A stretch of DNA of 62,971 bases, the filler included, from Welwitschia mirabilis (taxonomy: Eukaryota), in NCBI GenBank assembly GCA_051453625.1. It is 6 parts of one record of this genome, joined end to end, with 100 filler letters (N's around TTAATTAATTAA, not from the genome) between each part and the next. Parts side by side here need not be neighbours in the genome. Positions count along the whole stretch, not along the records: positions 1 to 4,571 come from JBOZIK010000001.1; positions 4,672 to 18,568 come from JBOZIK010000001.1; 4 more parts are not named here. One strand, given 5' to 3'. This document shows positions 1 to 9,699 of the stretch, one piece after another. The notes under the pieces were generated by a model. It was not told where the DNA came from, did not search any database, and saw nothing but the letters and a program-made list of their open reading frames with translations. Every line of letters starts with the position of its first letter. Positions within the stretch are counted from its first letter, which is position 1. The translations under genes were made by a program, and so were the position numbers.

Positions 1-713
1 TATATCACCCAAGAAATTGTCACTAGATCTTGGGCAACATTAGACTATAAGGGACATAAGAAATCCTATAATGCAAATAACACAAAATATGTAAAGAAAA
101 CCAAGATTTATATTAACAGTCGGGTCTCAATAGAAGATACTCAGCCCTCTACCAAGTGCTCATCTTTCTGCAACTCACAGAGATGCATCTCCCGCCCTTT
201 GCTCTCTTGTCACGAGAATCTCTGGTGCATCGAAGATGGAAAGGAGAGTAGGAGGGGGGCCTTATTTATAGGAAAATACAACAGTAACGGACAGACAGAA
301 GGTGCAGTTACACTCGCTCATTTAGTGGACGAAATGGCCGAGAGAATTTGTCAGTGACAGTTACATGGCAGTGTCGTCTAGACGACATGGGGGACGACAG
401 ACTATTACAAAATATCTCGAACGTGATGACCCAGCAGTCCACATAAGCAGTCGTCGTCCTGCCTGTCGTGGGGACGACGAAGGGGACGACGGTCTTTTTT
501 TATCTTTCTTGAGGAGAAACTTAGCCGATTTGTCATGAAGAGCTCTGTTCACCGGAAAGTGCCTTAAATGCATCAAATTTGGAAAATAAATGCACTTTTC
601 CGAGATTTCCTTTTATATCTCCAAAATCCTCAGAATTGCGCTTAAACTTGTATAAAAGTTCTGCAAAACAGCTCATAAAACCTATCAAATAACCGTAAAT
701 TGGCAGTGCAACA
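1..713 (-). mobile_element. Athila-like Ty3/Gypsy LTR (5' part), abutting the Copia gag
   Basis: The reverse complement starts TGTTGCACTGCCAATTTACGGTTATTTGATAGG, matching the LTR starts at 15474 and 20714. It has a TATA-like TATAAATA (minus strand, ~263-270) and GTCGTC/GACGAC palindromes. Confidence 0.8.
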
Positions 714-719
714 TTGCAG

Positions 720-2289
720 TGGAAGCCTCTTAGACTAGATTTTTCAAAGGTTTGGTCTTGGATACTATGACTGAATGGTTGAAAGGTGGGAGTTTTACTA
801 GAGGAGCATTATAGACTGGATTTATCATGAGAGGATCTTCCTATACCTAATAATTTATTGAGATTATCCTTTCCTTTGGTTAAACGATTTGCAATGAATC
901 TAGCATCTTCGAATTCTTTATACAAGGTTTCGATTTTCAGATTCTCCTTCTCTAATTCACATTCAAGTCTTTTTATCGTTTTTTTGTATAGAACATTTTT
1001 CCTTCCTAAACCTAGGGTAAGCACATACAATTTTTCGTAGGCTTCAAATAATTCATCATGTTCAATGTTGAGATCATTACAAATTTTGTAAGCATTTTCT
1101 GATTTCCTAGAATTAAAAGAACTTTCATCATTAATGAAATCAGAAGGGATAGGGGAACTTACCTCTATAAGTAAACTGAAGTACATGCCGTCTCCTTCAT
1201 CACTTGAACTTGCTTTTTCATCATCTGGTTCATCCCACGAGGCTTGAAGTACCTTCTTCCTTTTGGCTTTGGATTTTTTTTCCTTTTTATTGTTGGCACA
1301 ATTTATCGCATGTCCAAAACCTTTGCATTCATAACATTGTATAGAACTGAAAGAATTCTCACCTTTGTCATTTTTGCTTTGGAAGGACCTCTTGGAGTAT
1401 TAGCCTTCTTTCTTCTCTGAAGGAAACACCTGAAGTTCTTAGTTAGAAGAGCTAGACCTTCGTCCATCGCGTTGTTACTTGATTCGTTGACCTCATCACA
1501 TACTTTAAGAGCGATGCTCTTTCTTTTTGGTTCATCTTCTTCAGGTAGGAGCATTGCCTCATATGCCATCAGGGAACCTTTGAGTTCTTCTAACTTCATC
1601 CTGTCAATGTCCTTCTTTTTTTCGATGGCTGTCACTTTTGGTCTTAACTTCATAGAGACTCTTGAGGATTTTGCGGACTACTCTATTCTCTGGAACTTTT
1701 TTTCCTAAACCCCACATATTGTTGACAGTGTTGCTCACTGTTTCTGATTCTTCCATTCTGATGTTCTCGAACTTTGTTGTTAGGAGTTGGAGTTTTGAAT
1801 TCTTCACCACATTTGTGTTGGGCCAGTTACCATCACACCAAAGCCATGACTGTTAGTAGAATTTGGTAAACTAGAACCCATTACATTTACTCACTTCTCG
1901 GGCTGGGCATGGGGACCACATACCCAATAATTTATTCCTTCATGGGCTACTTTGAGAGTATCCCACATTTCTTTGGCAGTAACATACTGAACAACTTGAT
2001 CACACTCTTCGTTCGATAAGGCACAAATTATTGCATTCATGGCCCTTGCGTTGTTGTAAAGCTTCTTTGTGTCATCATCATCCCATCTGTCTTTAGGTTT
2101 TAAGGATGTGACTCCACTTGCATCAACTTGCTTTGTAGGAGCATAGCCCTGTTCAATCATGTCTCAAATTTTTGGATGAAGAGAAGTCAGAAATATTCTC
2201 ATCTTTGACTTCTAGTGAGGACAATTGGTCCCATAAAAAAAGGGAGGCCTAGAAACTACATGACCCTCTGGATAACTTGTGGATGCCAT
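720..2289 (-). pseudogene. gag: Ty1/Copia (Sirevirus-like) gag, disrupted
   Basis: ATG at 2289 gives MASTSYPEGHVVSRPPFFYGTN. ORF fragments include AKEMWDTLKVAHEG, KNSKLQLLTTKFENIRMEESE, VVRKILKSL, KVTAIE and LEELKGSLMAYE. A zinc knuckle CYECKGFGH lies at ~1305-1340. Stops and frameshifts are present. Confidence 0.9.
1816..1929. mobile_element. 114-bp TRIM-like solo LTR inside Copia gag
   Basis: Termini are TGTTGGG...CCCAATA, with flanking 5-mers ATTTG (1811-1815) and ATTTA (1930-1934). Removing it restores the gag frame HEGTNVVKNSKLQ. Confidence 0.8.
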
Positions 2290-2325
2290 CAAACCTGTAA
2301 ACAAAATATAGATCTAGAACACCAG

Positions 2326-2337
2326 GCTCTGATACCA
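2326..2337 (-). promoter_or_regulatory. Primer binding site (PBS), tRNA-iMet type
   Basis: The reverse complement TGGTATCAGAGC directly follows the LTR end ...GATCCTAACA. Confidence 0.9.
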
Positions 2338-2339
2338 AT

Positions 2340-2880
2340 TGTTAGGATCAAAAGGCACCTTATAGGGGGGTGAATGGGGTGATAAAAATAAAATTATTCC
2401 ACTTTATTAGCCTTAGTGAAGAGTAATGCTATTAAGAGGATTCAATAACACAAAATGAAGAGTAGGAACAAGAAAAGAAAGTGTGCACCAGATGTATAGT
2501 GGTTCGGCTATTCTTACCTACTCCACTCTCAGGGGGAAGCGACATGCTTCCAACCTCCTGGTTCCCTTAAAACACCCAACAACTTGGGCACATTACAACA
2601 CCCTTCTCCAACGGTTACAATCCACTCCCTTTACACGGGATACACAAGCTCACTCCAATGAGCCACTAGATGTTTTAGATAGTAAGAGATCTGATGGTTT
2701 GAGTGCCTTCAGTATAGTGCATCAATAAATGATAGCAAGATCTCCAAACACAATAGATATCTTAGTGAAGTTCAAATTGTACATGAATATTAGAGTTTAG
2801 TACATACAATCATTTAGAGCATTATGTTGGAACATGCGTTTTCAATGACGAGAATCAAACTTGTAAGTCAGAAAACAAGT
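2340..2880 (-). mobile_element. Sirevirus-like LTR, 3' portion
   Basis: Ends GATCCTAACA before the PBS and contains GAGTGGAGTAGG...CCGAACCACTAT. It is an inverted homologue of ~3665-3910. The upstream boundary is approximate. Confidence 0.75.
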
Positions 2881-2884
2881 CTTC

Positions 2885-3235
2885 ATCAGATTGGGACGTC
2901 TGCCCTATGTAAGCGGGACATCCGAACATTTGCTCGGTTTCCTATATTGGGACGTTCACCTTGTGAAACTGGGATGTCCGACCCTGTATTTGGTTTTTCT
3001 ATACCAGGCCATTCGCCCTGTGAAATCAGGATGTCTGGCCCTGTATTTAATTTGACTATACCAGGATGTCTGCCCTGTCAAACTAGGACGTTCGGATCTG
3101 TGCATGGTATTTTGTATTGGGATGTCCAGCCTATAAAATCGGGACGTCTGACCTTGTATTCAGTTTTCTGGGAGAAGCAGATTAAAACTAGGATGTTCGA
3201 GTTCCCTTGATTGGATATCCGACCTTTTATTCGTT
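2885..3235. repeat. Degenerate ~57-bp tandem repeat with GGACGTCC-type palindromic cores
   Basis: Units start near 2942, 2999, 3056 and 3113. Each has two GGACGTCC-derived cores (gggatgtccg, ggatgtctgc, gggacgtctg). Confidence 0.8.
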
Positions 3236-3910
3236 GGCACGGAAATATAACCATTTATGAATGTCAGTTGCGGGTTTCAACTTTTCAACAGCTCCCTTTT
3301 GGACGTCTGACACATGCTTCAAGGATCAAAACCCTAACCATTCTTCCTCTACTTAAATTCCTCTCTATTGTATTGTAAAGCATGCACTAGTATTGAAAAG
3401 GATTTTTGTGCACTATAAAAGTTCGATTGTACCAAACTTGCTTTACCATCCAAGAGCTACTGTACTATTCTGAGCAATCTATCTTGAGTAAAAGATTATT
3501 ATTTGAGCTTCGAAACGCTGATGACTTATGTTAGATCTAGGCACTCTTGTATCAGAAATCTCTCTCTCACATTCTTAGTTGTAAATGGCTTAGGGACTTA
3601 AGCATTGGCCTGGAAGCCGCACGAACTTTGTGTGAAGAAGTTGTTATAAAGATCCCTTTGATTAAAAAACCAGGAGGCTGATAGTTGTTTGCTGCACCCT
3701 AAGAGTGTGGTAGGCTTGGCCGAACCACTACAGAAATCTGGTGCACTTGTTTTGTGTTTTCTTTATCAGTCTGTATTATTTTTGTTCATGTATTTTCAGA
3801 TCTAAAATTATTGTTATTGAAAACTATTTTTAATACCCTATTGAAACCCCCCGTTCCTACCCACCTCCCCATCCCTCGCCTCGTGTCTAGGGTGCCTTCA
3901 GATCCTAACA
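3236..3910 (+). mobile_element. Sirevirus-like LTR (probably extends upstream into the repeat block)
   Basis: Ends GATCCTAACA at 3910 and contains GAGTGTGGTAGG...CCGAACCACTAC. A PBS follows. Confidence 0.75.
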
Positions 3911-3912
3911 AT

Positions 3913-3924
3913 TGGTATCAAAGC
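3913..3924 (+). promoter_or_regulatory. Primer binding site, tRNA-iMet type
   Basis: TGGTATCAAAGC, one mismatch to TGGTATCAGAGC. Confidence 0.85.
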
Positions 3925-3977
3925 CTGGTTGCTCTAGATCTGCACATAATTTTTACGTTAGTGCAAGATCAGTTTCA

Positions 3978-4571
3978 ATGGCATCCTCTAACTTTTCAGG
4001 GCATTAAGAAGGTCAGGCAGTTTCAAGACCTCCCTTCTTCAATGGTGGCAACTATACTCACTGGAAATCCAAGATGAGCATTTTCTTGACTTCTCTAAAT
4101 TCGAATATTTGGGCTGTGGTAGAATATGGTTACACTCCTCCAACCAAAACAGATATTCACAGAAAAGAAGTGCCAAAACCCAAAGACAACTGGGATGCGA
4201 GTGACAAAAAGCTAGTTCANNNNNNNNNNNNNNNNNNNNNNNNNNNNNNNNNNNGGAACCTCTGAGAATAGCTCATGAAGGGACCAATATTATCAAAAAT
4301 TCTAAGGTACAACTCTTAGCCACAAAATTCGAGAACATCAAAATAGAAGAATCAGAATTCGTGGCAGAGTATATTATAAAAATCAGTAATATTATGAATA
4401 GCATGTAGGGATTGGGTGAAAGAGTTCCAAAGAATAGAGTTGTAAGGAAAATTCTGAGAAGTCTGACCACCAAGTTCATACCCAAAATCACAGCCATAGA
4501 AGAAAATAACCATATCGACAAAATGAAAATTGAAGAAGTAAAAGTATCCCAAATGGCATATGAAGCCACTC
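3978..4571 (+). pseudogene. gag: Ty1/Copia (Sirevirus-like) gag, N-terminal part, ends at gap
   Basis: Translates to MASSNFSGH*EGQAVSRPPFFNGGNYTHWKSKMSIFL, then HEGTNIIKNSKVQLL, VVRKILRSLT and KITAIEE. Confidence 0.9.
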
Positions 4572-4671
4572 NNNNNNNNNNNNNNNNNNNNNNNNNNNNN
4601 NNNNNNNNNNNNNNNTTAATTAATTAANNNNNNNNNNNNNNNNNNNNNNNNNNNNNNNNNNNNNNNNNNNN
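4572..4671. other. Artificial 100-bp assembly linker N44-TTAATTAATTAA-N44
   Basis: The identical 12-mer, with stops in all six frames, sits within Ns at 4616, 18613, 32701, 41625 and 50816. Confidence 0.95.
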
Positions 4672-5394
4672 TCTCTGGATTACAAGATGGTTCTCCGGTC
4701 TTAAGATCTCCTGTCAGAAGAATATCAGATATTGTTGAAGATGATTAGAAATCAAGGGGGAGACCTTTATTTATAGACAGAAAGGAAAAGGGAACTGACA
4801 AAAAAGTAAAGGAGAAACCCTAGCTAACATGCAAAGTAAAGTCACATAGAAGTGGTGATAACTCAGGAATACATTCGGTAAAAGTAAAGGAATACAATGT
4901 CATCTTAATGATTGTCTAGACAAAGTAGGAGATAACAAGGATTAATAATTGAAACTCTCATTTTACTTCAGTTTATCTGCTGATGATCTTCCTGTAAAGT
5001 GCTGTTGACTAGTTCTAAAGATGTCGTCTGCCACTGTTGTCTAGACGATAAGTAGGACGACTAAGTCTGTAGATTGATCTCAGCCTGTCTGCAAGTTATC
5101 TAGACATGAAATTTGGTTATTGCATAGCTAGGATTATCGTCCTTCCTGTCGTCTAGACGATGGAAGGGACGAAACATTTTTCTTGATCTTTAGTTGTCAT
5201 CTGCAAGAATCATGATCGAAAATAGTATTTGTCTGTATCTGCATGAAATGATCTTATTTTATCTGGAATTTACATGTTTTCATCTTGTTCATCTTGATTC
5301 TCGATTGTCGTAGGAACTAAGCAATTATCTATTAATTCATCTGCAAAACAACTCAAAATACCCTATCAAATACACATAAGTTAGCATCGCAACA
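4672..5394 (-). mobile_element. Athila-like LTR (5' part)
   Basis: The reverse complement begins TGTTGCGATGCTAACTTATGTGTATTTGATAGGGTATTTTGAG. It is homologous to 61029-61730. Confidence 0.8.
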
Positions 5395-5639
5395 ATCATA
5401 TGTATGAATTAAAATTTTTATAGTTTACTTAGATGTTGCATTTTGTATTGAATAATGAAAATTATCCTTGAAAATTTCTTGCATTGAAATGTGATGATTT
5501 TATCACATATTCTTCATAATTTCCTTGAGAAATGTTATTGAAAAATTTGAATTTTTAAATATGTAATTCCTTGAAAAATGTGTTGAATATCAATTGTGAT
5601 TATCTTTCATTGAATTAATTTTCAATAATGCGAGCGCTA

Positions 5640-8200
5640 CATCTAACAAAACCTCGAGAAAGTTTTATGAGACTTATATGATTTTTTTAAGAAATTAATG
5701 GTGAGTGTACTACTATTTTGCTTGATGATATACTTATATATAATGCAACATAGAACACCATGTGTTGAATTTGGAGGTAGCCTTGGCCAAGTTGGTAAAT
5801 AAAGAGCTACTTATAAATGTGAAGAATGCTTAGTTCTTATAGATAGAGCTCATATATTTGGATTTGTTATTTTATAGGGCATGCTCAAGATGGATCTAAC
5901 GAAAGTAATAGCTATAAAAGATTTGCCAATGCTAAGAAATCCTTCTAGGGTATGCAGCTTTTATGGTTTAACCAGTTTTAATAGGAAATTTGCAAGGAAC
6001 TTTATAAAGGTAGCTTTTACTAGGATGAAAACCATTTGGGGAAGGAAGAGAAATTTCATATGGGTACTAGAAGAAAACAATAATTTCATGAAATTAAAGG
6101 AGATGTGTAAGTAATTAGTTCTGCAATGGCAGGTTTTAGTAGGATAGTATTGAAAGCAAATGCAAGTGATGTAGCTATTGACAAGGTACTCTTCCAAGAT
6201 GAATTACCTATTGTATACTTCAATGATAAGGTGAATATATAATAAGGGACTACTCAATATATGAGAAAGAGTTTATGCAATCATTCAAGTGGTATGCTAG
6301 TGGAGGCATCACATAGTCTTTTATGGTTTAACTAGTTTTTATAAAAGATTCATAACGAACTTTGTAGAGGTATCTTTCACTAGGAGGAAAACCATTTAGA
6401 AAAGGAAGAGAAATTTCATATGGGTAGCAGAAGCAAGCAACAATTTCATGAAATTGAAGAAGATGTGTAAGCAACTAGTTCTATAATGGCAGATTTTAGT
6501 AAGATAGTATTAGAAGCAAATGCAAGTGGTGTAGCTATTGGCAAGGTACTCTTCCAAGAGGAATGACCTATTGTATACTTTAGTGAAAATGTGAATGATA
6601 CAAGAATGACTACTTAACATATGAGAAAGAGTTTATGCAATCATTCAAGTGCTATGCAAGTGAAGGCATTACTTAGTGTATAAATAATTTCTTTTGTAAA
6701 CAAATCATAGGCACTTAAATTTTTAAACACCTAGGTAAGGTTGAGTACATATTAAGTTTATTTGGTGAGTGGAAGAACTGCAAAAGTACAACTTTTATCT
6801 AAAGCACTTGAAGGAAACAATGAAATGAGTTGCTAATGCCTTAAGTCATTAATGTGATTTAACATTCTAATCCAATGTGAGTGAGTTATAGCATCTGCAA
6901 GAAGAGTATGAGGGAGATCCAAATTTTGGAAAAATTTGTAAGACTTGCAACAACCTAAAGAGCAATAATACAATGTCTTTAGTATTAAAAATGAGCCACT
7001 ATTTGTCAAAGGATTCCAATTATGTTTTATTAGGCGATTTGAGAGGGGAGGACAGAATTACAATGCATGTTGGCTATGATAAGACCTATCAACTAGTACA
7101 ACAAAGATATTTCTCACTACGAACAAGATAATAGATTTATGCATTTATTGGAAAATGTGCTATTTATAAGAAGGCAGAGGATCTTAATCCATAGCCAATT
7201 ATGTGCTAACCATTACCTATGCCAATGTAGACATGAAGAAGTGTAAGCATGAATTTTGTTGTGTGGTTGTAAAGAACAAAGAGGGGACATGCTTTTGTTT
7301 ATCTTATAGTGAATAAATTTAGCAAGAGGCCTTGGTTTATTTCATGTGAAGAAATAATAAATGTGGCTTATGTGCTAAAGAATTTTTCAAGAGAGTGTAA
7401 GATTCATGAGGATCTAGAAGATGTTTCAAAGCAAGATACTAAATTCACAAGTTATTTTTGACATACATCATGGAAGTTAATAGGCATAAAACTTAAGTTT
7501 AGATCAATTTCACACCCATAAATAGATGGATAAAAGGAAGTTATTAACTGAAGTTCATGTAACTTATTGAGATGTGATTGTAGATCATTCACCCTACTAG
7601 GATGAAATTTGACCATACATAAAGTTGCCTCACAATAATTCCATTTACTGGATTATAGAGAATACACCATTTTTCATTATGTTTAGGCAACATATAAGGG
7701 TTTGAGATGAACTTGATAGGAAGTTGGATGAGTTTGAGGAGTAGTAGACCTTGAAGAATGGATTTGTAAGATCCATCAAAGTGTAAGAAAGAAATTGGAA
7801 GACAACAATACAAAGACCAAATCATAGACAAACGAGGGTATAAAATCACGAACACTTAAGCTTGCAGATATGGTATCAATACAAATTTGTAAGAAAAGAT
7901 TTCAAATGCTCTAAGGAAGATTGCACAATTAATGGATTGGACCTATAAGGATAATTCAAAACTTTAGAAATAATGCCTGTGAGTGAATCTTTATCTAGAA
8001 ATCAAGGTTTATAAGATGTTAAATATCAAAAATTTGATTTCATGTGACTAGGAGATGCAATCTTATTTTAGGATCTTTTAATGCTATTAGGATCCCAACT
8101 AAACAAAGGAAAACTCTAAGGTACTAATGCCAAGAGAAAGATGGCTTTCACTACATTTTGATGTAGGCATGATGTATAATATTATAACATCATAGGTAGA
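5640..8200 (+). pseudogene. pol: Decayed Ty3/Gypsy pol (RT end, RNase H, integrase), CRM-like
   Basis: Remnants include SFYGLTSFNRKF, ANASDVAI, YSIYEKE, HVGYDKTYQLVQQRYF (~7066), VSMNFVV (~7240) and HP*IDG*KEVIN (~7512). Confidence 0.8.
5958..6671 (+). repeat. 360-bp tandem duplication of the connection/RNase H region
   Basis: CTTTTATGGTTTAAC occurs at 5958 and 6318, and the copies are colinear to GGCATCA/GGCATTA. Confidence 0.9.
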
Positions 8201-8230
8201 GGAACAAACTATAATTCAAGAAGGGATAGT

Positions 8231-8628
8231 TGATGTAGGGGCATTTGTTGCTACTTAAATTTAGAATTTACTATGAAAACTCTATTATGATTTAGGTGGT
8301 TATTATGAAAATGTATTATGATTTAGGTCATTAATAGAGTAGATTTTGGTTCTTACTGCAAAGTGTGCTATGATTTAGGTAGTCAATAGAGTAGATTGGG
8401 TTTTAATAGTATATTTCCAACTAAATAAAAGTTGTCAATTCTCTCGTAAGAGATCAATATATTACTTAAACATATTATAGTGAGGTTATGGTGCCTATAA
8501 TAAGATGCACAATAATATCTAATAAGTGTTTTTCCAAAAAAGAAAGGAAAATATGAAAAGAAAAGAAAAGAAAATAAAAGATTAACCTTTGAGTTTTTTT
8601 TTGGTGGTAAGGATATAAGTTTGTATCA
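8231..8628 (+). mobile_element. Probable 3' LTR of the CRM-like element
   Basis: A purine tract CAAGAAGGGATAGT precedes TGATG...TATCA termini. It contains short internal TATGATTTAGGT repeats. Confidence 0.55.
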
Positions 8629-8689
8629 AAATCTTTCCTTGGAACTCAAGGGGTTTACCAACCCTTCGAGAATTGACATATTCCACATG

Positions 8690-8701
8690 TGGTATTAAAG
8701 A
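8690..8701 (+). promoter_or_regulatory. Degenerate tRNA-iMet PBS
   Basis: TGGTATTAAAGA follows ...TTCCACA, upstream of the Tekay-like gag. Confidence 0.5.
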
Positions 8702-9699
8702 TTAAGGCCTCTTGCGTTTGTCTCAGTGAAGCCAAATTCAATTTTCAAATATTGGAGAAGACCTTCTTGAAGTGATTTCCAAAAAGCTCAATGTATATCA
8801 TGCCAATAGGTAACAAATCTAGGGACTTATTTACTCTTATCCATAAAAAGTGGATTTCTAAAATGGTATGACAAATAGAAAAGTACCAAGGAGTAGAAAT
8901 CCAATATGACAAAAGTACAATCATTCTACTCAACATTTATGGAACTCTAATTATGAAAGGTCAAATTATCTTCTAGAAAGACATGAAAGACCTACTAAAT
9001 ATTTATATCTATGAAAATGACAATGATCAATTAATCATAAAGTTTATTATACCCATGATAATCTTAATATCTAAATAGTATCCATATCTAATTCATAAGA
9101 AATATTAAGTAGATAATTAGTACTTAATCATATCTCTAAAAACTTTATTATCTTATAGATAGGGATAATGATCTTTACTCATGAAACTCATAATATCATA
9201 TGATAGCTTATAGAGCTTGATTATTTTAAGAAAAACAGAAATAAATATACCATAAGTATATATACCCTTAAAAATAATCAACTCTTTTATTAATTTATAT
9301 TAACTATATGACTAGTTATCTAATTTCCCTCTATTCTATCTAATTATAATCTCTATTATTAACTTTTGAGCCTACTAGAACAAATCCCTTGGTAAGTAAA
9401 GAAGGGGATTAACTTGGTTCTTTGGCTTAAATTAATTAACTAATTGTTATAACATAATATTTATTAAGGTCATATCAATTTCAAACTTTAATATTTCTAG
9501 ATAGTTCACCATAATTAAACAAGTCTTGAGTAGATTCAACTGCTCCAACTAAGCAACATTAAGATAACTAAAGGACTAATCAGTAATATAATTATGAAAA
9601 TCAACCTCCCATTACTCTTAATGCAAAGGTTTAATGCGTATATTCATTTAGTTTCTATCATAAATAGTAAATTAAGGTTAAAACCCATAAATAAACAAT

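Noticed and set aside
1816..1929. Cassandra (5S-carrying) TRIM or tRNA-derived SINE
   Set aside because: No 5S or tRNA A/B box similarity or poly(A/T) tail is visible.
2824..3210. 128-aa ORF as a gene
   Set aside because: It is explained by a 57-bp tandem repeat inside LTR sequence.
2885..3235. CRISPR-like regularly spaced palindromes
   Set aside because: The intervening sequences are homologous to each other, there are no cas genes, and the context is a plant LTR.
4616..4627. Recurrent palindrome TTAATTAATTAA (also at 18613, 32701, 41625, 50816)
   Set aside because: It is always centred in 44+44 Ns, so it is an artificial scaffold linker and not biological.
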